A model generated the notes under the pieces. It worked only from the letters and a program-made list of their open reading frames with translations. It did no database searches and was not told the origin of the DNA. From the human T2T-CHM13v2.0 reference genome, Homo sapiens: a DNA stretch of 64,000 bases. Positions 27,851 through 40,870 of the stretch are shown here, piece after piece (positions within the stretch are counted from its first letter, which is position 1; each line of letters starts with the position of its first letter). Where the stretch lies: the NCBI RefSeq assembly GCF_009914755.1, contig NC_060927.1. One strand, written 5' to 3'. The translations under genes and the position numbers were made by a program.

Positions 27851-27856
27851 AATAAA
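27851..27856 (+). terminator. Distal polyadenylation signal AATAAA
   Basis: Canonical hexamer in a long U-rich context with U-rich downstream sequence, near the end of the repeat-poor block. Confidence 0.55.
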
Positions 27857-28368
27857 GTTTTTATCAACTAAGATTTTTCATTTACATTATTATCAGTAAA
27901 TTAAAATACATGTAAAAATTAACCTAATTACATGACTATAAAATTTAAATTTAAGATTTAAAGAACATCTTTTATGGCAACTAAGTTTCTATACTTTAGT
28001 CCTTTTTAAAAAGATTTTAAAAATAATAGTAGAAATGCTTTTATGCTTCAAGGAGCATTGGAAAATTTTTTTAATATGATGTTACTTATTATTGTAATTA
28101 CTTACAATTACTTAATACCTTTTTAGTGAAGCTACATTTATTCCACTTAAATAATTATTGCTTATTCCTGATTAATCCTTAGGAGTTAAAATGTCTTTTC
28201 TTTTATAAAATTATATTGCTGCTTAATGATCACTAAATGTTCTCATTTACTGGTCCCCCTCCCCCACTCCAACCCCCAAAAAAGAAAAGTTGGCATCTAT
28301 AATAGATTCCTGAACTTTGATTTGGGGATGCTTTACTGGTCTTAGAAATCCCAGAGTCTAGGGACTGC

Positions 28369-29130
28369 TTTTTTAAAAATAACTTCTTAGATACTATAGA
28401 ATTCATCTTTTTAAAGTGTTAAATTCAGTGGTTTTGGTATATTCACAGAGTTGTACAACCATTACCACAATCAATTTTAAAATATTTTCATCACTCCAGA
28501 AGGAAACCCATGCACATTAGCAGTCATCCACCTCTCCTTCAAGTCCCTGGCAACCACCAATCTCCTTTCCATCTCTGTGGATTTGCCTATTCTTGACATG
28601 TTATATAAATGGGATCAGATACTACATAATTCTTTGTGACTGGCATCTTTTACTTAATATTTCTGAAGTTCATCCATGTTGTAGTATGTATCATTTCCTT
28701 ATATTGCTGAAGAATATTCCATTGTATGGATATATATCACATTTTATCTACTCATCACTTGGTGGACTTTTGGGTCATTCACTTTTTGGAAATAATTATG
28801 AATTATGAATAATGCTGCTATGAACATTTGTGTACCAGTTTTGGGGTGAACACATGTTTTATTTCTTTTGCATCTATACCTAGGTATCTAATTGCTGGAT
28901 CATATGGCAACTCTGTTGTTTAACTTTTTGAGGAACTGCCAAACTGTTTTCCAAAGCTGCTGCACCATTTTATATTTCCACCAACAGTGAATGGGGGCTC
29001 TACTTTCTTCACATTCTCACCGTGTGTTATTATCTCTTTTTTATTATTATTATAGCCATTCTAGTAAGTGGAAAGTGGGATTGCATTGTGTTTTTTATTT
29101 GAATTTTCCTGATGGCTAGTGATGTTTGTT
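28369..29130 (-). mobile_element. L1MB-type 3' end
   Basis: tatattcacagagttgtacaacc...aataatgctgctatgaacatttgtgtac...ttttgaggaactgccaaactgttttcc. Confidence 0.88.
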
Positions 29131-29134
29131 TTCT

Positions 29135-29235
29135 ACAACCCGTTAAGAAGATAAAGCCATTCTTAGCTTATAAATATAAACTGTATGAAAATAGGCTGTA
29201 GGCTGGATTTGGCCCATGGCTAGCCAACCTCTGAC
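29135..29235. mobile_element. MER58 hAT-Charlie fragment
   Basis: ccattcttagct...aggctggatttggcccatgg...ccaacctctg. Confidence 0.65.
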
Positions 29236-29364
29236 CTAGAGGATAGAATTAGTAGACAAACACACTAAAATAGGTATCATAAATACACTCTATATGTTAA
29301 AAAATGTAGAAGAAAGCATGAACCTATTAAAGATAGATATGGAAGATTAAAAAGAATGTACAAG

Positions 29365-29578
29365 GTAGAGTGCTGATAAATCGACTTGCTGGGTTTAAAA
29401 ACAAAAACAAACAAACAAAAACCTTGAGTTGCGTCATTTGCTGATTTCCATGGTGTACCTGATATCACCAGGGCCAGTTTTAAGCTACCAGCATGACACC
29501 ACTGAACCTGAAGCTGAGAAGGGATGTGCACTATCAGCACTTGCAAGCTGGTCCCAGCTGACTCTAGCACATTATTGA
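29365..29578 (-). mobile_element. MER63 hAT-Blackjack element
   Basis: catttgctgatttccatggtgta...ttttaagctacca...gatgtgcac...ctctagcaca. Confidence 0.7.
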
Positions 29579-29914
29579 TGTAACCACTTCTGACTGCATG
29601 ACATATAGTAATCACTAAATATAGCTAACATCTTCAAAGCTGTCGTTGGTCTCCATTCCTACAAGCATCCAGTGGGAGGGAGAATATTTGCCTCTTCTCA
29701 TTGTATTATGAAACTCCCAGATAGCCTTTTGCTTTTTCTCAGCCTTCATTACTCTGAAATCATAACTACATTTCCACAAGGTAAAATAAGTATATAAACG
29801 TGCATCCTCCCAAAAATGTTTTATAAACAAAAAACCACACTGGAATAAAGGCAAAGCAACAGAAGTTAACATGTTCTGATCCATCCAGAAAACTTCCTGG
29901 AACATGTACCTTGG

Positions 29915-30347
29915 TGTTGTGCCAAACCCCTGTTGACTGTAATGGAGATGGCACCACATTCGAGAGGCTGAAGAAGAGACTTGGGGCCAGCAAACAAGAC
30001 AGGGGGTTTCACTGGGGCTTACATACTGGGGAGAGAGTGGCAGCTGGGCAGAAGAACTGCAACCGCTTGCAAAAGGTGTTTATATAACATTCTCACTTAG
30101 TACCCTTTACCTAACAACCTTCATCTGTCAACTTCATTCAACCCAAACTTAGGGCCTCAATCCCCTGTATGGCTGGTGTTCCATAGGATGGGTTAGGGGC
30201 TCAGATGTTCCTTATAGACAAGGAACAAATCTCCAGGTTGGCCACTCTTGGATTCTCTAGCTTGGAAAACACATTCAGGTACATATGCCATACAGGGTCA
30301 TTCTCAGGGTACACTAAATTATTGCTTTCATGTGCATTTACCCTGCA
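29915..30347 (-). mobile_element. ERVL solo LTR (LTR47A-like)
   Basis: TG...CA termini; gccatacagggtcattctcagggta motif; 5-bp TSD cttgg/gttgg. Confidence 0.75.
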
Positions 30348-30698
30348 GTTGGGTGTTGAATAGATGGGAAATAGCCATGCAAGCAACAGAACAGACATTC
30401 CATACATATGGATGGTTTGTGCAAGAGTTCAACAGTGAGAGTCAAAAGTTGGAGAAGATTTGTCTGAGCAGTTAGATATGCAATATGCAGTCAGACATTT
30501 TGCCTGTGAGTTTCTTTTTTCCAGAGGTTCCAGGAAAAGCCTCAACTTTAGACTTCTGTTTCTACCAAAACAGCAATATGCATGGAAAAAAATTGTTCTA
30601 CACCTTCTGAAATTGCTTCAAGAAAGCTCTTGAGATTAGAGGGTGAATTATCCAAAAAATAAACAGTTCTTATCTCATATTTTAAATAACCCCTTGAA

Positions 30699-31125
30699 GT
30701 CAGGCAAGGTGGCTCACACCTGTAATCCCAGCACTTTAGGAGGCCAAGGCAGGAGGATCACTTGAGCCCAGAAGTTCAAGGTGTGCCTGGGCAATATAGT
30801 GAGACCCTATCTCTGGGAAAAAAAAAAAAGAGGGAGGAAGGAAGGATTGGCCAGGTATAGAGGTATGTTCCTGTAGTCTCAGCTACTCGGGAGGATTGCT
30901 TGAGCCCAGGAGGTCAAGGTGTGCCTGGGCACTGGGCAATATAGTAAGACCCCATCTTTAAAAAAAAAAAAAGAAAAATTAGCCAGGTAAGGGAGCATGT
31001 ACCTGTAGTCCCAGCTACTCGGGAGGATCACTTGAGCCCAGGAGGTCAAGGCTGCAGTGAGCTGTGATTTCTCCACTGCCTCCCAGCCTGGGTGACAGAA
31101 TGAGACTGTCTCTAAAAAATAAAAA
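30699..31125 (+). mobile_element. AluJ with three monomers
   Basis: Three Alu arms inside one 17-bp TSD pair, ttaaataaccccttgaa / ttaaatagccctttgaa. Confidence 0.88.
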
Positions 31126-33140
31126 TTAAATAGCCCTTTGAAATTCTGGTCTAATATGTTTCTAAATGGAGATTCATGTTCTATATTTAAGAATAACCAA
31201 TCCTTTTTATCCACAATCTCTTGGGGCTCCCACAACCTTTTCTAAATACTTCCCTTCCTACTGGTGTTAAAGCCAAAAGTTCAGTGAAGGATTGATGCTT
31301 TCACCTGTATTTATCTTACCTTGTTCAGTGTAGAAGAGGTAGAACTATTTATTGTCAAGAGACATCCTGATCATTTAATCAGAACTCAATTACTGATTTC
31401 CCAAATTTGTAAATTCCCAAGTAGGAATATGCAGGGCAAAGGGACTTGAACAATTTGTGACTTTATCTGCAAACTATCCTGTTCTTCTCTTGGCTAAAGA
31501 AAAAGCAGTCTTTTCTAAAATGCAAAGGACATTCTAGCACAGATGTGCCCTGCTGTGAATCAGCCAGATGTCCTGGATTTCCTGGCATAGTCCTGCTTTC
31601 CAAAGTCAGCCTTGTTATCCCTGTAAATACTGGAGCACGTCAGAGTGATTGTCACCGTGCTGAGTTCAACACCCAAGGTCTGTGCCCTACACCCTAATCC
31701 AAAGAATCACTACTTTTGATTTAGTGTAATATGAAGGCATGGCCTGTGGCATTGGTGTGTTTTCAGGCAATCTTATTTTCTCCTGCAGATGGTTTACAGA
31801 AACATCCACCGCTCTCCCATTCTTTGTTCTGGCCACAGAGGATTCCACTCCCTATAGCTGTTGGAAGCAGTATTCCCAGGTGTGAAATATGCACCTTCAG
31901 GACCTGAAGAGGCCTCCCACACCTCGAACTTGCTTTTTTATGCTGGAAGGTGCAAGAGGCAATGATTTATTTTTCACTTTAGAGGAAATATTCTAGCTAC
32001 CTCTGGTCACTGGATTTCTGAATATTTTGCTGACATTTCAGGCTCTGGAATATTTGTCTCCCACCCCCTGGAGTACATGTGTCATGCCAATTCTAAGCCC
32101 ATCCCACTACTGATATGGTGGATCAGTGAGGTGTTCCCTGGGATGTTCAATGATTCCAGGTTTCTCTTGACTACATTATGAAACAGGCAGTGGAGTTAAT
32201 ATAGTCCTGAGTCAAAATTGTGAAGGTATATTGTCACCCATTCCACATGGATATGAACTCTTTTTGATCCTCTTTTTTGATCAGACTAGAAAATAATACT
32301 TGGTATATCCATGCCCACATATGCCATATTAATCTGCTCTAGTAAAGATACCACATTTAGCACAATGGATATAATTGGGGATATTACTTTGAGTTCATGG
32401 GAATCTACTATCATCCTCCAGGGTCCATCTAGTTTCTTCAAGAACTGGACGGGTGAATTTGATGGAAATATGATAGGGACCATCACCTTTTAAAGGCTTA
32501 GGTGTAGCACAATTTCTGCCATCTCTCCTGGGAGGCGATAATATTATATATCTACTATTTGACTCAGCAGGGAGGCAGTTTTAGGGACTTCCATTTTGAC
32601 TTCCTCATTATGTTAACTCTTAATCACAGGCCAAGGACCTATGTGGATATTGTGCCAACTATCAGGTGTGTCTATACCTTTGACTGGGGAAGTGACCATC
32701 AAGTGGGTCTTCAGGGCTGCATTGATTACCAGCTTCCTGTATGTGCTCATTCTAATGAAGGGAGGGTGTAATGACACTTAGGGACTCCAACTATCAATGT
32801 CAACTTGGGCCCAAGAGTCCTTGAAATGTTTGGCATCCCCAGTGTACAGCTGCCTAAATAAATAACTATATGTTTCTTTGGACAAGAACAGGGGAAATTC
32901 TTGTCATGAATACTTGCTGTGGTTCTGCAAGGTCCTTCGTCGTGGAGACCTGTGGTCATTCAGTAAATTATAGGTCTGAAAACTGTCTCAAGTTCAGAAA
33001 TGGCAAAACCTTTTGACTTTCTATTTATCAGCTTCCAGCTTCCTTATTAAATATCCCTCAATTTCTTCTGATGGTACAAAATGACAAATTCTGTTACCTG
33101 TCTACCTTTGTAATCCTTGAGAGGCCGTGTTCTATTAATT

Positions 33141-33313
33141 CAGTGGTTCTCAAACTAGCTTGCATTGGAATAACCTGAAGAGCTTGTTAAACCACAGATT
33201 GCTGGGTCCTAGCCCCAGAGTTTCTGATTCCATAGGCCTGGGGAGGATCCTGAGAATTTGCATTTCTAAGTAGTTCCCAGGAGGTGGTGATGCTCCTGGT
33301 CCAGGAACCACTG
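33141..33313. mobile_element. MER5A inserted in the ERVL
   Basis: cagtggttctcaaact...cagattgctgggtcc...gaatttgcatttctaa...gaaccactg (terminal inverted repeats). Confidence 0.88.
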
Positions 33314-34190
33314 TAATCATCTCCATAACTGCACATTAGGCCCCTTTTGCTGCCACTCCAACCTTACCACTCATTAGGATAATTGTATCCACCTGCCTTG
33401 CTTCAGGCAGTTACACATCATTACCTGGCCTCTTATATTGGGGTCCTATCATCACTGCTGTTATCCATTTGAGATCCTTTCCTCATTGCTTAACATTTTA
33501 GTGAGGCTGAATCCCCTCACCTGTGTATTCCTCATGGCCTTAGTAAATGGTGTGTCCTCTGTGCCTTTCTGTGAAACATAGTCCTTTGGAGGGTATTGGG
33601 GCCTCACATAAATATATAATACTTCCAGTCTAATATATCCACTTCCCTGAGCCTTTTAAGCCATTCTTCCATCTGCCAGGGAAATTCTGGCACTCCATCT
33701 TTGCTTAGTATGGGCCATTGCCTTTTCCATGCTGCTAGGAGCCATCCTAGTAGCAAGGTGACACCATTTCCTGGGGGCCTTGCCAAGGTGTAAATCCTGT
33801 GTCTCTGGAGAGTGTTCCCAAATCAATAAACTTTCCCTTCTCCAATCTTATGTTCCAACTCCTCTTGGTCAAGCAGCCTCAAAATCTAGTCCCGCTGGTA
33901 CTGCCCTGACATCTGCCAGTATATATTGGCTAGGACTTGCAGCTTCTTTGGAATAGAGTGCCTTTTTTCCCTTATCAGGCTCAGCGTGTCCTGGGCTGAT
34001 TATGAATTAATCCTACTTATACACCTAGTAGGCAGGAGGAGAGGTCGGGGGGTGGGGGGCGGATATTGAGAGCGGGGTATGTGCTGTCTTGGAGGAAAGA
34101 GAGAGCATTGTTTTTAAGCAAGAAGGAAATGCTAGCTTTAAGTACGGAGGATAGGCCACTTCTCCAGGCTCAAAGAATTCAGAGGCATTG

Positions 34191-34303
34191 TAGAGTGAAC
34201 AACAGCCCCAGTTTGCCCAGTACTGCCTCAGTTTTAGCACTGAAAACCCCACATCACAGGAAACTCCCCTGTCACTGGAAAACCAAGAGAGTTCATCACC
34301 TTA
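34191..34303. mobile_element. MER81 inserted in the ERVL
   Basis: tagagtgaacaac...gtttgcccagtactg...ttttagcactgaaa...tcacctta; about 113 bp, near-palindromic. Confidence 0.75.
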
Positions 34304-34853
34304 AGATTCAGCATTTTCAGGGAATCGTCCTAGATGTTCCTATCCCGAGTGTCAGGGTCCTGTTTTTCCCCAACCATGGCTGGAGTAACAGTTCTGCCAT
34401 AGTTGGGCATTTAACTGTATCTAGAAATCAGTACTATCTTTAGCTCTGAGCTCGACCCTCAGCTCCTCTACCCTCCTGCTGTAGGAAATGAACACCTCTC
34501 TGAAAACTACCAGGGAAATCTCATGGCTTACATATTTAGCTCTCAGTTGCCTATTGCCTGCATCTTTTTATTATCGAGGATATCAATGGCCCTCAGCAAT
34601 ACTCATGTAATCCCATTGTCCTTAGAGTTACTATTTCCCCCTCACTTCTCGTACACCTGATAAATCTCACCTGCTAGTGCATTCTCTTCTGTGGACATAC
34701 TATTCCATTTGACCACCCACTGGACTGTCAATTAGTGCCAAGGGATGGCTGTATTTTATCTATCACCGATTAGGTCCTCATTGCCTGTTAGGTGGGTAGG
34801 GATTTGGCTCCAAAATCCCATCATTTTAGTTATTTTCTAGGGCCACTCTTAAA

Positions 34854-35197
34854 TGTTTTTAGGTTGAGTTCTCAAGTAGCAGATGTGGAAATGGAGTGTG
34901 GCACAAAGGATATTTTTCTACGGATAAACAATTGTGGAAGGGAGGGTCAGGAGGCAAGATTAGGCAGAGAGACAGAAGAACTGGTACAGGTCCATGAAGC
35001 CCTGATCCACCCCAGCAATGAGTTCTGGAGCAGGTGTGGCCCATCTGAGTTGTTCCATATTGGGCTGAAATAGCCAGACTTTGATACCTCTGCCTCCCTC
35101 AGTCTGGATGTGAGCTACCACAGGAAGGGCTGAGAGGAGGAGCAACAAGTCTTCCCTTGAAGGGGGATGTGGCCAGCGCATTTCCATGTCTACCACA
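34854..35197 (-). mobile_element. LTR33-like LTR, 5' LTR of the ERVL provirus
   Basis: Reverse complement starts TGTGGTAGACATGGAAATGCGCTGGCCACATCCCCCTTCAAGGGAAGACTTGTTGC; abuts the internal region in the correct orientation. Confidence 0.78.
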
Positions 35198-36814
35198 CCA
35201 GGAGAGGAATTCAAGGAGGTTGGAGCTACTTTCATTCTGTTGGGCTACTATTAATTTATTTACAGGATAGGGAGGTTCTATAAACGGCAAAATGACATTT
35301 AATTTATTAACTTATGTTTTCTCCCTACCTGTTCCCCCTTTTATGTTTCCTCTTAGGAGATATTTGTCCCATTCCTTTCTTAATTTCCCCCGATCTTAAA
35401 GCCATTGTCCTGAAAATAGAGTTTGAAGAGAAAACAATTTCTCTGGAACTAAATAAAAGGTCTCACAAGAAATATAGACAAGCATGTTGTCTCATATTTC
35501 CCTATTTCCCTGTGTATGTAGCAGAGCCTCAGAGGGAGAGGTTACTGAGTAAATATAGAAGGCTGGGCTGTCCTGTGTTCTAGTCCCCGGCCAGGAAACT
35601 ACACAGTGGTCGGCCTAAAGAGACACATGGGCTGACACCCAGCTGTCTGAGCAGTAATTTCCAATTGACACCCCACCACCATGCTGTGTGGGATCCCAGG
35701 ACTCTGGCACAATCCTGAAATAGAAAAGGTAAGCATAAGAACATTGCTGCAAGAATAGCTTTGGATTTCCAGCTCACTTTCTTGTATGGGGGCATGGATT
35801 TAGAAGAAGTTTAGTGGGAGAAAATAAAGAGATATGATATTTCCTGCACACCTAAGTGTATGGACTGATTAAAACCCTGCTTCACATACGTAAAGGATGC
35901 CGTCATGCTGGTACCTCCATCCCTACCCCTTCTCTTAATTTGTCAGGCCCTCTAAGCTTCCCAGTCTGTCTTTAGGCCATATGGACCATATATTGACAGA
36001 AGATGCCAATAGGATGTTAAGCATTTGATGCAGAGCCTCCCCCTAGGTCCTCTCCTTCCATCTCAGAGCACACTTTCCCCTGCCCCCATCCCATTTGCTT
36101 TGTCTTGCATCGATCTAACCTCAATTCCAGTCCCACAAATGTTTGTTTATAACAGCACTTTAGGAAAAATAATTGGCCCCATCCATTCTTAGTTTTATTC
36201 TCAATATTTTTCACTCTCACATTCATTTTCCTTTCCTTCATATTACTCATCTCATATATGTATTTGTTTTATTTTCAAGTTCCACATATGTGAGGTTCCT
36301 TGACATTTCTAATTGTAAAACAATGAATTATAATACTTGTAATAAAAAGCCTCAAAATGCTACCTTAAAAATGAGCTCTCAAAGTGAAAACATACTAGTA
36401 TTGATTTTAGAATTCTAACTAGTATTAAAATGAGTGCTTGTGCAGTGATATCAAGCAGAATTAAAGATAGAATGGGGGAAAGTATGTGTTTCAAAACCTC
36501 ATTAGGAATATCCTGAAAAGAAAAAGTTGAGATTTATTCATATAGCAAGTCACTTAATGGGTCTCATTCAGATGTTTATCATGCTTCAGAGATGATTCCC
36601 CTTCATAAAACTCTGGCCTTATCAGCCCATCAGACATGTTGAGCAATGGTAGTGCTTCTGCTGAAGAGACATGCATTTTCTTAATTCTTCCTACAGTCAT
36701 TCAAAGGCTCTGGCATCTTTATGCAGTCTCTCTGTAGTTACCTCCCTTGCCTCCATTCTTCAGCTCTCATCCACTTTATATCTGCAACCATTCTCACCTT
36801 ACTGTGATTTTCCT

Positions 36815-37585
36815 GCATTCATTCCTCCATCAATTCAATAAATGTGATTGAATGCCTGCAAAGTTCCTGTCTAGGTACTGAGAATATGGCAACGAACAAA
36901 ACAAACAACAATCTCTGCCTCAGGGGGGCAGTGGAGGGAAGAGACAGTAAACAGTTTAATGAAATATATATATATATATATATATATATGAGTAACCACA
37001 TGCGTATGTCATTCCATGGATTATGGAGTTTTTAAACTCATGGGAGGGTGCCAGAGAGTAATAAGTGCAAAAAACAAGGGAAGGGGAAACAGTTTTAGAT
37101 TGGGAATGGGGGTGGGAGGTCAGGACAGGCCTCACTGATGAGTTGATCTTTAAATGAAGACCTGATAGAGGGGTAGGAGTCCTGCATTCGAGGGAAGAAT
37201 TATGAATTATCTAAGCAGAGCAGCAAGTGCAAAAGTCCTGCAGCAGGGCTATGCCCACCATATTTGAAGAATGGCAAGGACTGAGGGGACAAATAGCAGA
37301 TGAGGTCTGGGAAGGAATGGGAGGTGGGAGCTGGATTAGGTACTCCTTTGAGGGGCATTGTATGGACTTGGGCTTCTCCTTGAGTGCGAGAGGAGCTATT
37401 GGAGGGTTCTTAACAGAGGAATGATGTAATCTACTTATACTTTAACAGGATCACTCTGGCTGCCCTGTTGAAATTGACCAAAGGTGGAAGTGACAGCGGC
37501 AGGGAGTCCAGTTAAGAGACCAGTTCAAGCATTTAGCTGAGACTGTGGTAATTTAGATCACAATGGCAGCAGGAAAAGGGAAGAG
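36815..37585 (-). mobile_element. L2 3' portion containing an (AT)13 tract at 36964-36989
   Basis: cattcattc...caataaatgtgattgaatgcc; ttaacaggatcactctggctgc. Confidence 0.8.
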
Positions 37586-40299
37586 TTTACTTTGAAGGCA
37601 TACCCTCCTAACAATCCATGCTCTAATCCTTTCTGCCTCCCAAGGGCTGATTCAGTCTTCCTAAAAATCCACTTTTCTCATGTTGCTTTCCTACTCCAGA
37701 ACACCAAATAACTCCTTGCTGACCAAATCATGTTCTGTTGTTTTTTCTAGTACTCCTTTTGCAGCTTGGCAGTCTTCCTTTCTACTTGGTCCCCTTCCAC
37801 TTCCCAGCATGAGCTCTCTATTCCAGTCCATTTGTTTTATTCCTCCCTCCCCCACACATACTACCTGCTAATCTAACCTCTGCAAGAAAAGCCCGCCCTC
37901 TCTTTTTTGCCTAGATCTTTCCATCCTGAAAGCCTATTTCAAGTGCCACCTGCTCTGTGTCTTCTCTAATGTTGAAAGCCAGTGTGAGCACCTTCGTTCT
38001 TTGGCTTGGCTCTGTGAACCTGCACCTCACATGCTCACAGTTTGGCTTGGCTTACATCATTTTGCACTATTTGCTGATTTATTATTTAGTGCTTCCATAA
38101 GTTCATAAGCTCACAAAGGCTGGGACTGGATATGTACTTTTGCATTCTTTATCCACTCCACAAAGATGAGACATGTAATATGTGTTTGGCAAGTGTTTGC
38201 TAGAAAGCACAAAATCTAACATAGAGTGTTCAAAACTAAGCTTTGTCATAGTGACCTGGCAACCTATTGAATATATTAAAGACACATGGAAAAACATGGT
38301 GATGCTAACTGCCACCTACAATTCCTTACCTGTGTTCTGAACTACTTCTCCAAATGAGTATTTCCTGGGATTGTAACACACTTTAATGCCTGCCTTCTAG
38401 GACTGTAGTGAAGATATCCTATAGATTTCACATACATAATACCTATCTCCTCCAGCACCCTGTGTGGCACTCCTCTAGGTGCCAAATAGCTGGCTGCCTT
38501 TCTCATTCCTTCCCCATTCTTCCTGCTCTCTCCCACTCTGGCTGCCCCTTTTCTGCTTTGTGTGGGTTATTTGCAGGCATCATTTTCAAGGATGAATCTC
38601 ATCAACATCTGCTGAGCTGCATATTTATACAGGCTCCAGGTTTCCTTACCAGCTGTGGACATTTTTGCAAACTCTACATTACCACCTAATTGAAATGGCT
38701 GTTTGGTTCCATTTCCTTATTAAAGACAGATTAAGGAAATCAGTTCAATACCTTAGCCATTTTAAAGTCATCATGAATCTCATGCTCTTGATTTACTAGC
38801 AGGCTTTAAAAAAAAATGTGTCCCTACCCATCCATCTCCTGCTTTTGATCCCCCCTTGCTGGTATTAATGCACACTTCATTTTGGCTGGTCATTTCATTC
38901 CTCTTCGTCTAGTAAACATTTGCAGTTTTTGTTCAATCCCTCCTGGACCTCTTCTAATATACCTGTTTTTTCCTCACCCATAAATTTATTTTATCGTTTG
39001 AAGTTTGCAGTTCTTCAGGAGCTCGAATGGTGACAATGAAGTGCAATATTTTGAGTTTCTTCTGGGGTGTCCTTGATAGCAGCATCCTTGTTTTCTCTGA
39101 AGACATTCCTGGCTCCCTGCCAATTCAGTCTTCTCAGTCCTAAGTCTTGCCATCTCAGTCTTCTCAGATACCGTAGCTGAGACCTCTCATCCCCCACCCA
39201 TTTGCAGGCTCTGGGCCCAATCTCAGGCCTTGGCAGTAGAACGTGTTGAATCAATGTCATACATATTGAGGATATTTTCTGCCAGCCTGTAGCTTGACAT
39301 GAACACTAGTAACTGGCCTACTGTTTGGATGTCCTGGACCCAAGGGCCTGACCTGATAACTTGTCTAGATCTTCAGGTTATCCAGTGTCCCCCTTACCCT
39401 TGCTGGTCCTTCTCGTGAGCCACAGACAAGGGCTCAGGGTCTGCTTTTGCATGTTGAAACACCCTGACCTAGACTCACATTTGGGCAGACAGTGTATTTA
39501 GCTCTCCATGCCCTATTAGGGTCATATACACCCATCAGGGATCACTCAAGATACTCCTCCCTGCTAAGTGCTCTCTGCTTGGGTAAGAGCTGCCACCTTA
39601 TCCTCCAGATGGCATGCTGTGCCTTCCTCGATGGACATCTTTCTACCATCTGCTGCTTGACAGGAGGCTGGCTCGCCAGATAGTAGGTCTGACCTGTTTC
39701 ATTACCAGCAAGCATCTCACTCTGATACCCACTGCTATATGAGTGTTTGATGATTTCTGCCTACTTCAGCAAACTTCGTAAGCTTTCTTCTCAATAGGAA
39801 CATCTTCAGCAAAAGGAGCTACTAAACAGTGTTTGTTTCAATTCCTTCCACATCTTCTAAGACTATTTTCTATCTTCCAGCATCTTCTTTCTCAGTGTCC
39901 AAAGTCCTCCTGCTAGAGCGGGAGTTCTGACTACAGTCTGGCCTTTCCATGGTGATGCCCTGGGCTTAAGAACTGCCCCATCTTCTTTTTTTTGCAGCTG
40001 ACGTTCTGATGTGTTGATTCTGCAAAGCACACTCTCAGAGTCTGGTAAGTTTCTCTTGAAACTCTGAGGGTGTGCTTTGCACTGAGAGTATCATAGTTAC
40101 TACCAAATGGTTCCATTTATGATATTTAAGGGAAGCCCTATGGGTAGGCCTACTATACATGGTTTGAAGAAAATATGCTATACACTCAATTATACTCTTT
40201 CCTCTATGAAAAGGAAACCTCTTTAAAACTAAAAAGCTTTAAACAATAATGAATTGTCCATTTTTCACTCCTTGTAGTAATAAAGAATTTTTAAATTAT

Positions 40300-40870
40300 A
40301 ATATTCAGTATTGAAAATGGGATAATATAAACTCTCATACACTGCTTCTAGGAATATAAACTAACACATTTTTCTGAAAAGCCCATACTCTCTGACCCAA
40401 TAATTTCCCACTTAGCAACCTACCCTAAGGATATAGCAAAACAGTCAAAGATTCAAGTATCAAGATGTTTATTAAATTATTATTTAAAATAGCAAATATC
40501 GAGAAACAATACAAAAACTCATTAATAGGGAAAAGTTAATATATAATGATACATTTATACTGTGGAACATTATGCAGCCATTGAAATGTTTTCCAATAAT
40601 ATTTTAAAGCATGGGAAATGTTGATAATATTAAGTGAAAACAGTAAAATTCAAAATGCTATATTCTGTGATGTTGGTTATGTCACAGTGGTACAGTGTGT
40701 TCATGTGTTTGTGTATGTGTATATTCTATAAATAAGGCTGAGGTCACTACATTAAAACATTAACAGCACTCCTTTATGGGGTTAGAATAGATTTTTATTT
40801 TAATGTTTCTATGTTTTCTCAGATTTTCTGTAATAAACATGTATTACATTTATAACCTCAAAAATAGAAT
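40300..40870 (+). mobile_element. Old L1ME-type 3' fragment
   Basis: aactctcatacactgct...tgacccaataatttcccactt...atactgtggaacattatgcagccatt. Confidence 0.7.

Larger units (their letters stand above)
19815..27880 (+). other. NECTIN3: 3' UTR: short form to about 20605, putative long form to about 27880
   Basis: Follows the stop codon; about 8 kb with no Alu, L1 or LTR; ends in a U/AU-rich block with AATAAA; the extent of the long form is inferred. Confidence 0.6.
31700..34853 (-). mobile_element. Decayed class III (ERVL) provirus internal region: gag, protease and RT remnants
   Basis: Gag-like LLGWLLAAWKRQWP...PEFPWQMEEWLKRLREVDILDW (33604-33786); RT-like SNSPVQFLKKLDGPWRMIVD...VVSLLEQIN (32286-32486) and QYTFTILTQDYINS; many stops and frameshifts. 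Confidence 0.88.
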
